64,000 nucleotides of DNA, taken from the NCBI RefSeq assembly GCF_006345805.1, contig NC_043004.1, positions 22,320,001 through 22,384,000 of the forward strand, read 5' to 3'. This stretch comes from Octopus sinensis. Its lineage: Eukaryota. The first letter of the stretch is position 1. Each line of letters begins with the position of its first letter. Under the pieces are notes generated by a model. That model did no database searches, was not told the origin of the DNA, and saw nothing but the letters and a program-made list of their open reading frames with translations. The position numbers and the translations under genes were made by a program. This document shows positions 1 through 12,082 of this stretch, piece after piece.

Positions 1-37
1 TGAAGGGTTTTAGTCGAACCACACACACACACACACA

Positions 38-111
<74 letters not shown>

Positions 112-120
112 TGTATATAT

Positions 121-621
121 GACGGGAAGGATGACTTCCCTTTGCAAATACTGACAGGACACAGAAAGTGTGTCTATGGCCAGCTGGAGGAGTGTGTCCT
201 CCTGGGGCTAAAAACTACAGTAGCATCCACCCTTAGGGGTAGCCATATTGAGATGGCAAATATACGTCACGATGTGTTACCGCTACTGTATATAACTCAC
301 TTTGATATTTATCATTGTTTGATTTCACTTTTTCAATATCAGCGACAGTGGACGCTGGAAAAAGTATAAGTATTTGTGAAGGAAATCTAATTCTCGCCGA
401 CAACTATGATTGTCACACGCTGACGAGAGGTCAATACCTCGAAACTCGAGTCCGTGTGTATCATAAGTTGAAGACGGGAAGGATGACTTCCCTTTGCAAA
501 TACTGACAGGACACAGAAAGTGTGTCTATGGCCAGCTGGAGGAGTGTGTCCTCCTGAGGCTAAAAACTACAGTAGCATCCACCCTTAGGGGTAGCCATAT
601 TGAGATGGCAAATATACGTCA

Positions 622-625
<4 letters not shown>
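121..625 (+). mobile_element. Retrozyme/Penelope-LTR-like unit: 352-bp period, 153-bp terminal direct repeats, internal hammerhead
   Basis: 121-273 and 473-625 are near-identical (one g/a difference seen); hammerhead at 401-470; (TA)n on both sides. Confidence 0.75.
401..470 (+). ncRNA. Type I hammerhead ribozyme, canonical core, predicted cleavage after C452
   Basis: CACACG-CTGACGA-GAGGT(CAAT)ACCTC-GAAAC-TCGA-GTC/CGTGTG; stem I extends through CAACTATGAT/ATCATAAGTTG; stem III ACTCGAGT is palindromic. Confidence 0.9.
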
Positions 626-671
<46 letters not shown>

Positions 672-967
672 TATATAATAATATATATATATATATTATA
701 TATATATATATATATAATATATATGTAATATATATATATAATATATATATATATAATATATATATATAATATATAATATATATATAATATTATATATAAT
801 ATATATATATATATAAAGTAGTGGTACACAAAGTACCATTGTTTGCTGGAAATAGAAGTCGATAACCGTTCGGTGCTAGGTAAAGCTTCACTGTATGTAG
901 TGAAGCAGTGATGTGTACGGGCTGCAAAAATAAAAACAAACGTGTTACCTCTAGCTATATATATAAC

Positions 968-1115
968 AAGGGCTTCTTTCAGTTTCCCTGCACCAACTGC
1001 ACTCCCAATGCCTTTGTCAACCCATAACTGTAGTAGAAGACATGGCTGAATAAAACCTATTGTCAGGAGTAGTAGAATGTTTTACGTATCAGAGTCTTGC
1101 ACTTAACATATAAGA
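968..1115 (-). mobile_element. Degenerate SINE family A fragment
   Basis: GGGCTTCTTTCAGTTTCC...TAGTAGAAGAC is the reverse complement of the family A body at 18782. Confidence 0.55.
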
Positions 1116-1610
1116 GAAAAACAAATAGGAGTTTGCTTGATCCAAAGTATAGCTACTACATAATTGTTGCATATATGCTACACTTTCGTAAGCAAAATAC
1201 AAAGCATGCTGGAAATCTTCGTGTGTCATAAATTTGCTGATCTAAGTAATATTTAGTTTCCAAACAATAATTTCTCTTCACAACTGAGAAATACCGTATG
1301 GGAGAGTTATTTCTATAAACATTAAAGTAACATATTACAAATTAAAAACTGTCTCCCTTTCTAAATATGAAGCTACATGGTTTGAAGCAGTCAAGTTATT
1401 CATGAATTTCGGCAGCAGAAACACATCAAAGTTTTGCTCTGTCATATTTCAAATAGAATTGCTTAAAACTCATTACGATTACGTGAAGTTACAGGGAACC
1501 GAAAGACGTAGTATAAGGTTAAAGGAAATGTTAAAAAAAAAAAAGAAAAGCAAAGATAGCGTTCACTTCAATAAACTGTTCTGCTATACGCACAAAGCCG
1601 AAAATCTCAC

Positions 1611-1782
1611 AGGGGGTAAGTCGATTACATCGACACCAATGCTCAGCTAATACTTATTTTATCGACTCCAAAACGATGGTAGGTAAAACAGACCTCGGCG
1701 GAATTTGAATACAGAAAGTAAAGACGGACAAAATACCGCTAAACATTTTACCCGGCGTGGTGAAGATTCTGCCAGCTCGCCT
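1611..1782 (-). mobile_element. tRNA-derived SINE family B, diverged
   Basis: GACCTCGGCGGAATTTGAA...CTGCCAGCTCGCC shared with 12924-13165. Confidence 0.75.
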
Positions 1783-2653
1783 CATTCGTATGAGTATAGA
1801 TAGATAGAGGAAGATACAGATATCTATGCAAGAAAAATTCTCTTCATATGCCTGCACACATATATTATCGTTCGCACACACATAGTGTATCTGTTTTCTT
1901 AATAGGCCAGATTCGCTGCGAGCTAGCATCCAAAGGAGGCTCCCTAGACGATGCCGATTTTTAAAGAACACCCGAATGTCACAGTAGGTAAGACAACTCG
2001 CCTGGTAAGCCGAGAATGCTAGATGCCGACATTTCGTCATTAATGCGACTTATCAATAATATGTACTCGTATCATCTCGCAACGAAGTGAATCGCTGGTC
2101 TGTGACTTATATGCAAACAAAGTCAAATCTATTTGCTGAGGTGCTGCAGCGTAGCGAATATGAAAGAAAATTAAAAGCAGCTCCAGCAGAGTGAGCATAA
2201 TCGGTCGCATTTACATAGTGCATGTGTTTTGGTTATTCGCCAAGTTCGCCGTCGGATAGCATCCAGGGAAAACGATTTATTGATATATTTATGGTTAGAG
2301 AAATCCATATACTATTATATTGGATCCGTTAAATGCATATTGGCTACAAGAAACATCATTGGGAACCTATGAAAACTCCTAGCTAGAGACGTGCTCTGGT
2401 TTTTGTGTTTGTTGTCCTATATTACATAGTGCATCACTAGAGTTTTCTTGAATTCTGTACAGGAGCATTAGGTTTTCTTTGTCACTTATTATTTATATTT
2501 TACATTAACATTCTACAAAAATTCCTTTGATTTATGTTTTATTTATTTAGTCTTCCCCAGTTTCGTAGGATTCAAGAATTTATCAGATAATACAGTACTC
2601 TTGATAAGTACGTAGTAAGAGTTTATTCTGTGATTAGAAGTTTGTTTTATCAG

Positions 2654-3337
2654 TTTGTGCCCCAGTGGAGCGCTGGCAAAACGATAGGACCTGCAGATCT
2701 TGTCAGTTGAAACACAGACGTTGAGTTGATAAGGGATAGTACGAAAAATACAAGCTTAATAACATTTATATGTTTCTGTTGTCTATTATTCTCATTATTT
2801 TCTTCTATTTTGTACTCTTTTACTTTACAACAGATCCTGATCACAATTGGGTTACATTTATTCACGTTTTATCTAATTTCTATACTACCGGAAGAACAGC
2901 AGATAAGGATGGCTTAATCGCTGGTTCTATTGATTTTTGTGAATTCCCTGAGTCAGAGGGCAGTAGAGAGGGTGAATGAGATAGCGAAGACCAGATACAG
3001 AGAAAGAGGGGGAGATATAGAAAAAAGAGAGAAAGGAGAGACAAATAATAAGGGGGGGGATAAAAACGAAAGTAGGAGATAAAGAAGGTTACATTTCTTT
3101 CTAACACTTACCCCCGCCCATTTTCGCAGTAAACATTTTCTGATCTGTGGCGAGCAAAATACATTTCTTTCTCTTTAACAGCCGTTGTATTAGAATCAAT
3201 AGAAATAATAAACCCAAGTGATAGTATTGCGAAGAAATAACAATTATATTACTACGAGATTGTACATCCATACATGTATACGTATATTCATACATATATG
3301 TATATATATACACATACACGCACGCACACACACACAT

Positions 3338-3405
<68 letters not shown>

Positions 3406-4514
3406 TATGCTCAATAAGTGATTCTCCGATAAATCGCCCCTTTCTCTTTATTCTTCATCCCAGGTTTGGTTTCCCAGGATTTCGAACTTGAACGGGATAA
3501 TGCACTTTAATGTAAGCTTTTGTAAATTGCTTGCTCAAATACAAGCGATAAAAGTCAGGTTTTTCAATAGTTTTGCGTTTCCGCTGCCAAATCTGTGTCT
3601 GTTTTAAATGAAAATAGAGTAATATATTTGTTTCTGATGACGCTACAACTTTCAGTATCCTATAAGATATATCTTAAACCTGCCTTTCTTGATTTCATAC
3701 CTCATTACGAAATATTCTCACTCGCTTTCTTTTTTCCCTCTGTATGTGTGTGTGTGTGTGTCAAAAGTCATACATGCATACTATTTAAGTAACGTGTCCG
3801 TCCTCATAACTTAATGCACTTTCTACTTGTTCATACAGCTTGTTAAAATTTCGTGGTTTTCGGGCATTTCATCTAAATCTATCAACGAAAATTTTGACGT
3901 TACCTTGGAAGAATGTCATGTTATCTGTAACAGTTTATCATCGTATTCCTGTGGTAATTTAACTCTCATCAATAATATAAAATAGAATGTGAGCCACGCG
4001 CTTACTCTCAGAAGCGTCTTGAAGTTATTGCAGATATATATTTTGACCTAAATGCCAATTTTCGTTAAATACACTTTCCTTTAAAGTCACCCGAGCTGAT
4101 ATGTAAAACAAAAAAAAAAAAGAACAAACAATCAAAAAGGCGTGAAGTGAATAAACTTGTGTGAATAATTGCTACAGCAATGAAACTTTCACTTTAGATG
4201 TAAATGTGTCTACGGTAAGTGAACCTGACAGTTTCTGCTTTTAACTCGAATCGCTGTTCCGAGGAGTCCGTTTACTCTGACAGTTAAACCGTGTATTTGA
4301 AGTGCATCTTAGAACACTTTGAGTATCTTTATTGCTGTATGACCTGATAGAAATAGCAACGAAACTCCCTCAAACAATAGTGTAGCCTCTTTATAAAATA
4401 CTTTATATTTTAGAATTAACCCAAGATACTATAATCTTGATACAGACATGTGGTGTTCATGGTTGGCTTCCTGACGATCTTTCATTTCCCAATGCAGAAA
4501 TGACCTGGATCTAA
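2654..4514 (+). CDS. Speculative multi-exon fragment of a Cys-containing, possibly PAN/apple-like protein; candidate exons 2654-2719, 2834-2971, 3463-3510, 3839-3953, 4198-4214, 4414 or 4446-4514
   Basis: AG/GT-bounded open frames with pyrimidine tracts in non-repetitive DNA; 3839-3953 reads ...[19 protein letters not shown]; splice phase across 2971-3463 is unresolved; no homologue recognised. Confidence 0.25.
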
Positions 4515-5175
4515 GCAATACCTACTACCTGTAATACAACGGAATATATTCAATGAATTAATCCGTTTCCATTGCAAACACACGTGCACTTGAATCAAAG
4601 AAAATCAATATATTTTTCTGTAATAGCGGGAAGAAATAACAGACATTCTGTTTTACTTTGAGGTCTGTCTTTAATAAGAGAAACTGGTTTCTAGTAATAG
4701 AATTTTGAAATGTAAACAGAATATCGTGTTTGTTGTCAACAAATGACAACAGATGCTTTAAAATGTTATTGCAAAAGCGCCAGTTGCTAGAGGCCGTAAT
4801 GGGGAAAATTGTATGGACAAATTTTATTGACAATATGAAACAGAAATTCGTGTGAACCTGCACAGATGGAAAAACAATGTTACCATAGATTCTTTCTACT
4901 TATAGCCAGACAGTGGAAGATTTGTGACATTATCAGAATTGTAAATAGGCCAGAGCTATAGAAATTATCGTTTCAGGTTTTGTACTTTCAATTCTCAAAG
5001 TCGGAAATTGCCTCGCATTTTTTTAACGCACATACCCAAAGGCACACACAAATATAGCTTTCACACACACACACACACACACAAACACACCTGAGCGAAT
5101 ACGTACTAACAACAACACACACAGGTACAAGATCAAAGACTCTTGACTGCACGTGGAAACACTCATGTTCTCAAG

Positions 5176-5210
<35 letters not shown>

Positions 5211-5212
<2 letters not shown>

Positions 5213-5350
5213 TAAACAGTAAAAATTAATTACAGACATAGACAAGAACATGAAACACCACAGAGACGACACAAGAACCACAGGACGGGACATTCGAAGC
5301 CCTCAGTCATCAGTCAAGAACCAGATCATCTTAGCAATTTCGGCTGATTA
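5211..5350. repeat. Short interspersed repeat fragment embedded in (TA)n, unclassified
   Basis: Complex sequence sharply bounded by TA tracts. Confidence 0.4.
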
Positions 5351-6123
5351 ATTTGATTAATATATACTATATATATATATTATCTCTATATATATATATA
5401 TAATATATTATATATATATCTATATATATATGGAGTGTAATGTCTCTGTGTACATGTTAAGTGAGCGTTCTCTTATTGTTTTCGTTGCAAAAGTATTTAT
5501 GCCATATGTACCATATGGTATTAATATATATATTATATATTTATATATATATATATATACATATACCATATGGTACATATGCAAAAGACTTTTGCAAACA
5601 GAACAATAAGAGAACGCTCACATTAACATGTACACAGAGACATATACACTCACGCACTTGCATCCGCAAACAGACAGCAATATCACCCCCCACCGACACA
5701 CGCACACGGTCTCTTTCTTATTGTATATTTAAAGACAAACTGCGAATATTAACGAATATAGTAAGATAACAGGACAGCGCCGTTAGTAGGAGAGGTTAGG
5801 AAGGTAGAGGAGGAGGAGTAAAATAAGAATAAATAGGACAATATTATACGATATAGCAGCGGACACAACGGTAGAATGTATAGCTTGTAACGGATATTCA
5901 TGTTTTTTAAAGCGTTATACTGATGTACTGGACTTCTGTTTGTAATTTTTTGAACGTACAGGGTCAGCTTCGGGGCAATAGATAAGGCTGTCAGCTAACT
6001 GATAGAGGAAACGTATTTTGAACCTTGATCAAATGTGTGTGTGTGTATATGTGTGTGTGCTTGTGTGTGTGTACTTGTGTGTGTGTGTGCTTGTGTGTTT
6101 GCGTGGTGTATATATATACATAC

Positions 6124-6221
6124 ACCCTCCTTCTTCCCCTCTTTCCTGAGCGTCCAATAATACTTTATTTGTTCCACATCCTTGCGGTGTTGTCTTTTTG
6201 TTTTCTGTTGGATTAACTTTA

Positions 6222-6222
<1 letters not shown>
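6124..6222 (+). mobile_element. 3' part of the hammerhead-bearing element seen at 22087 and 33226
   Basis: ACCCTCCTTCTTCCC...CTGAGCGTCCAATAATAC...GGATTAAC matches 22190-22293. Confidence 0.8.
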
Positions 6223-6265
<43 letters not shown>

Positions 6266-6321
6266 ATATCTATATATATTATATCGATAGTGTATGTATG
6301 TGCACTATATTTTTTTTATCG

Positions 6322-6577
6322 TTTATCTTTTACTTATTTCAGTCATTGGACTGCAGCGATGCTGGCGCACCGCTTTGAAGGCCTTCATCAAACGAATCAT
6401 ACGTTATTTTCCTTTAAAACCCGATATTTATTCTATTGTTCTCTTTTCCAGGACCGCTAGGTAACGGGGACGTAGACGAACGAATGCAGTTCTCAAGCGT
6501 ACGTGGGTGACAAATACACACGAAAACTCATACATAGGGGTGTGTGTGTATATATATATATATATATTATATATATA

Positions 6578-6615
<38 letters not shown>

Positions 6616-6849
6616 ATATAATATAATATATATATATCAGCTGTAGAAATGAGTTGCGACGTCACAGGTGCCAATCTGTATCGACCTTTGTCTTTCCCTT
6701 GGATAACACTGGTGGCGTGGAGAGGGGAGGTGGTATGCATGGGCGACTGCTGGTCTTCCATAAACAACCTTGCCGGACTTGTGTAGGAGCGTAACTTTCT
6801 AGGTGCAATCCCATGGTCATTCATGACGAAGGGGGTCTTTACTTATATA

Positions 6850-6908
<59 letters not shown>

Positions 6909-7079
6909 TATATATAATATATTATATATATATACAGCGGGCTACATTCGATTTCCGTCTACCAAATACACTCACAAGGCGTTGATTGCTCCGGGTCTAT
7001 AGTAGAAGAAACGTACACAAAATTCCACGCTGTTGGGGTTAGGAAGCAAATTTCTTACCACATAGTTATGCCTACGCCT
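6322..7079 (-). mobile_element. SINE family A, diverged and split by a nested SINE C fragment in its internal (TA)n
   Basis: Tail 6322-6520 and head 6933-7079 match family A in reverse. Confidence 0.7.
6638..6842 (+). mobile_element. SINE family C, 3' portion
   Basis: CAGCTGTAGAAATGAGTTGCGACGTC... is the reverse complement of part of 26159-26449. Confidence 0.8.
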
Positions 7080-7284
7080 TTATACATGTATGAGAGGTAG
7101 GTAACACCTATAGGCTATATATGACTATGTGCTTACGATCGCGAGACCGTGGCTTTTACTTTCTAACTCGAGTGATGCGTTGTTTTCTTCGTCAAAACAC
7201 TTCATCTCACTTCTCTCTGAGATCACTTCAGCGCCAAATGCGTGGCACCAGTGTAGTATAAACAAATCATTCGACATGAACATC

Positions 7285-7360
<76 letters not shown>

Positions 7361-7362
<2 letters not shown>

Positions 7363-7674
7363 CACCGTGATCACCGTGACCGACCAGGCTATCAGATGTT
7401 CCTACACATCGTGGGTCACAATGCGATTCGCATTGTTTTAGCCTTCATATGACGCTACCCCGCTGGCTAAGCGAGCAGGCCGACAGAAGAAAGAGTGGGA
7501 GAAAGTTGCGGCGAAAGAGAACAGCAGGGTTCGCCACCACCCCCTGCCGGAGCTTCATGGAGGTTTTAGGCGTTTTCGCTCAATAAACACTCACAACGCC
7601 TGGTCTGGGAATCGAATCCGCGATCCTACGACCGCGAGTTCGCTGCCCTCAACCACTGCGCCATTGCATGCCTC

Positions 7675-7677
<3 letters not shown>
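7361..7677 (-). mobile_element. tRNA-derived SINE family E
   Basis: Reverse strand has an A-box-like CAGTGGTTGAGG and a B-box-like GGATTCGATTCC. Confidence 0.75.
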
Positions 7678-7720
<43 letters not shown>

Positions 7721-7733
7721 ATATATATATATT

Positions 7734-7850
7734 GGCCTGCTCGCTTAGCCAGCGGGGTGGCGTCATTTGAAGGCTAAAACAATGCGAAACGTATCGTGAC
7801 CAGCGATGTGTTGCAACATCTGATAGCCTGGTCGGTCACGTGATCACGTG

Positions 7851-7852
<2 letters not shown>
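7734..7852 (+). mobile_element. Inverted copy of the SINE E 3' tail
   Basis: Reverse complement of 7361-7481. Confidence 0.85.
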
Positions 7853-7899
<47 letters not shown>

Positions 7900-7900
<1 letters not shown>

Positions 7901-8410
7901 CAAACAACTCAAGTCACGTTCATTATTATTATTATTGGAAAAAATTCAAAGCCTTACAACTGTTTTAATGATATACCAGAGTATTGGATATTCCGTCATC
8001 GGAGACAAATTTATGAAAATGAGAAGGGTATAGATTAATGAAATGACGACATACAGGACAGGATTAAAGGATAAGGAGATGAAGAGAGAGAAGAAAAAAA
8101 GAAGCATAAAATGCACAGTTCAACTTTCCGATATTCTAGATATAAGTCCATAAGTCAATTGGATTTACGCACGATTGCATCGGAAAGTTGAACTGTGAAG
8201 TTTTATGCTTCTTTTTTTTCTTCTCTCTCTTCACCTCCTTATTCCTTTACTCCTGTCCTCTGTGTCGTCATTTCATTAATCTATACTCTTCACCTTTTCC
8301 TTCTTCGTTTCCGACGACGGAGCATCTCACACTCTACGACATCCCAGAAACTGCTGTAAGACTTTGAATTTTTTCTAATAATAAAAATGTAAATGACTTG
8401 AGATGTTTGC
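7900..8410. repeat. Long imperfect palindrome (arms 7900-8132 and 8179-8410, 46-nt spacer)
   Basis: Arms align as reverse complements along their length, e.g. CACAGTTCAACTTTCCGAT / ATCGGAAAGTTGAACTGTG. Confidence 0.9.
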
Positions 8411-8565
8411 CTTGCCTTTACCTTTTTTGTCCTGTTTAACAAATATATATCCGCTATACCAGAAATCTGTAATGGCTCCATAACTACCGTCTCGGCTATA
8501 ACCGTGGAACACTTTCCTACCGTACCTAATCATTTAGATCAACTGTGAACTAAAGACCCATATTT

Positions 8566-8603
<38 letters not shown>

Positions 8604-9329
8604 CATATATATATATACGTGTGTGTGTGTGTGTGTGTTGGTATGTATACATATACAAGTACCACCTCAATGAAAATAGCATTTCACCAGGTGCCGAAAT
8701 ACGTATGTATCATCTGTCGGATGGCTGAGAGCACTATCTGTTGCACCAAAACGCGCTCTAGACTTTAAAAAATGAATATTTGGTACATTGCATATATTCT
8801 ACATTTGTGACACTGTTATATCGGATATACAGAAACTACATAATGTCTAATAGTAGGTATAGTTATATCGAGCGTACGATGTACAATTTACGGCGAACGG
8901 TACAGCTGTTGGGCGAATGCCATATTAAAGGGGTTAGTGGATCAAGATATATCATTGATATATCTCATAACATATCTTAAAACGTAGCGTAACGCTGCAT
9001 CGTTGATATGCCCCATAATTTACAGCACTACCCGGTGAAGAACGTAGTATGCTATGTCGACACTTATACTTGACTACTGTCCAAGCATGATGAAAGTTAG
9101 AGTTGGTTCCAATGCATCATGCACTCAGCACGTATGAAAATACAGCGAAGTATGTTTTTAATCTCGACTTATTTCCTTGGTTGCATTTGAACTCGAAACC
9201 TTGAGCGATGCAACTAAATACAATGACAATTTAGTATGACATTCTACCAGTTCTTCAATACCAATGTCTTCAGATAATGAACATATTTACGTGGCTAAAG
9301 ATGAAGAGACTAAATGCCAAGAGACTAAA

Positions 9330-10130
9330 ATTACTTTTCTAGCTCTCTGTGATTAATTGATATATATTCTTATTCTTATATAAGATTTTGGTGCGAGCGT
9401 GTTTCGTCGATTCTGATTTGCCTCTCTAATCCATAATGAATAACCGAATTTCTAATTATAGTTTTACATTTAAACTCATTTCTTTCATATTTTATACCGG
9501 AATCTAAGTTATACTAATTTCAATGACATCTTTTTCACAATTCTTCTGCCGGTGGTTTTCCATCTCGTTCATTCTTCAGCGTTTAATATTCTAAGGCAAC
9601 TATAAAGATAGCTTGGTTCATTGCGAACAGCAAATATAATAATTGGTTTAGATACAACTCGTCCTAGGATGAAAAGATCACAGCATAACTAATTTTCCTC
9701 CTAATCTTTCCAGCTCTTCATGAAAACGTTCCTTAATCTCAAAGTAACGTTTGTAAAGGCTATTAACAGATAAAATTATATTGTGATGTGTATTTCCATA
9801 TATTCCATTGAAGTCCTTATATTGTGCTCTTTCTTTCATTTGAATGATATGTAACTTAAATAGAAATAGTTTACAGAACTTTATCGTATGATTTTTCCCT
9901 TGAAAGCTCTGGTTCGTTTGTTCTGTTTGTGTAAATCAACTGCTTCATTCTCATGTTCATGTTGAGGCTAAGATTTAAACTATTTCACATTCCTGACAGT
10001 TAATGTATAAAATCTTGCAGAAATACGTGTTCTGTATGTAAAATGATCAATTATTATAACATGAACGTGAACAGTAATCCTTTTTCCCTTTAGTTGTGGG
10101 CTTATTTCCTTATGAGTGACAGAGGATAGT
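9330..10130 (-). mobile_element. Degraded hAT (GTF2IRD2/Buster-like) transposase relic
   Basis: Minus frame NQSFQGKNHTIKFCKLFLFKL...FEIKERFHEEL resembles the hAT LQGK..I..F..KL...F..RF pattern; many stops. Confidence 0.45.
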
Positions 10131-11169
10131 GCTATCGCTCATACACATAAGAATATTTGGAATAAGTATTTGCAATTTGGAGATAATGGAAAATCATGAC
10201 CATATAGCACCAAATCATTTTGTGTATTATATCAATTTAGTCATTATTATCATTTATTTCATTTATTTCTGTGTTGTATTTCATTCTAGTGTTCGCCAAA
10301 CACAAAATTAAATCACTTTTTCAATGTTCTATTGATCAATAAAACACTTTTAGTTTTCATGTCAAAGTATAATCTATAAAAAAAAAAATAGATGTATATT
10401 TGATTAGTTCACATGCATTTCTGGTTGTGTTCTTTTAAGTATAGAAGCTAAATGTCTTGTTGCTGGGGTTTCTGCTTCGAAGCAAGATTTATCGAAAATT
10501 ATATTTAATACTGTATGATACTCGAAGCATGTATCATTCATCTTTATAATATTTCTTATTAAACAGCCTTGAGAGAGAGGAGAGTTTTTGCAACGTTTGA
10601 ACTGCTAGAAACAAGAGCCTGCTCTCCCTCGAGCCAATCCCTATTATCATAAACACGGAAAGGCCTCATTAGATAAGACAGTCTTATATAACCCTAAGCA
10701 TACGCAATGTTCGTGTTTATGAACTGCCTTGACCTGATGTCAGCATGATTTATTGTTACTTGGATGTAAACGACAGCAATATTTCATGCAAAAATTAGCA
10801 GCTCTGAGTATCTTTTGAGTGAGGGAATGTGACAATGTAATGCTTATTCCTTGTTCGATTGGAACTTATCTTCTAACTGTCTCACCGTGAATCCCTCTCC
10901 GATCTACTGCCATTCTACTCAGTAGGTGCCACTGCCTTTCATATTTAGTAGAATATCTTCATCTATGAAGTGAATGGAAAATAGGATTGTGTGACATTGG
11001 CAACAACCTCAGGCATTAATGATTTTAATGAAGTGGTTGTCAATCGGAAATTGAAATTGAGTCATAGAATCTGCTCGCCGGATATCCGTGTTATACAATC
11101 TGCAACTATTTCTAAATAATCCACATGAATTTATCTATCAAACTAGCTTTCAGCTCAGTTTGTTACTGC

Positions 11170-11765
11170 AAAAACGTTCATCAAGCAAGATCAATTACAT
11201 GCATTATCTAACATAATTTAATACACAGCATCCTAACCACATATATATTACATATATTACCAAAACAACATAACAGCAAACAACATCTTCACCATTGTAG
11301 CAGTAGCTTAAATTATATAACGTCGTACTTTCATTCATTACCGGTACATCCATACTTAAAATTCGCATTACCAGTCTGCTTACCATATAAATCTCCTGGA
11401 AACGGTTCAGAAACTTTGCAACAACCGAATACTCGCCGCCAGGCATCTACTGTACTCTGAACGTCTTGCTTCCCTGGGCATGGACACATTGAAGCTCAGA
11501 CGTTTGGCAACTGAACTTGGTAGACACCTACAAGATTATTCACCATATTTCTAACAACATTGGGCACCTTTTTGAATTCCATATGATAAACACTCGTGGA
11601 CATGTTTACAAAGTCAAAAAACAACACAGTTTCGGAGACATTTTTTCACGCTCAGAATTATTGAAGCATCAGTCGCCAGCTCTCGAGACACATCCCTCAA
11701 AACTTCCATGCTTCCTGAAATGAGCCTGTAGTGCACCTGGGCACTGTATACCACAATTTCTTTAT
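11170..11765 (+). mobile_element. CR1-like LINE 3' fragment
   Basis: Disrupted frames read ERLASLG, DTLKLRRL, LVDTYKIIH and NTRGHVYK, typical of the CR1 ORF2 end. Confidence 0.75.
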
Positions 11766-12028
11766 TATATCGTTAAGCAAATAAGACCTAACACCATACA
11801 CTATGTAAAATATTTTCTTTATATCATGTTATCACAGACAAAAATTATGGAAAGAACATTTACTACCATTCAATTTTAAATGTTAAAAAAATCGGTTTTT
11901 TCTCAATTTTTATTTTCAAAGATATATTTCCCATAAATTTTTATTCTGCATAACTATATGCACCCCCGCACGCACACACCACATTCGTGCACACAAATTA
12001 TCTCTCTCTTTCTTTCTCTCTATCTCTT

Positions 12029-12082
<54 letters not shown>

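Noticed and set aside
121-625. CRISPR-like or LTR-retrotransposon interpretation of the direct repeats
   Set aside because: Only two long repeats, no TG...CA ends, primer-binding site or polypurine tract seen, eukaryotic context
5285-5322. CTGATGA...GAATGTC on the minus strand as a hammerhead
   Set aside because: No GAAA, no workable stem II and no stem I pairing
9678-9967. Apparent two-exon minus-strand gene end (...YDKVL/LYKRYFEIKERFHEELERLGGKLVML-stop)
   Set aside because: The terminal frame runs open through the supposed intron and reads as a hAT-like transposase relic
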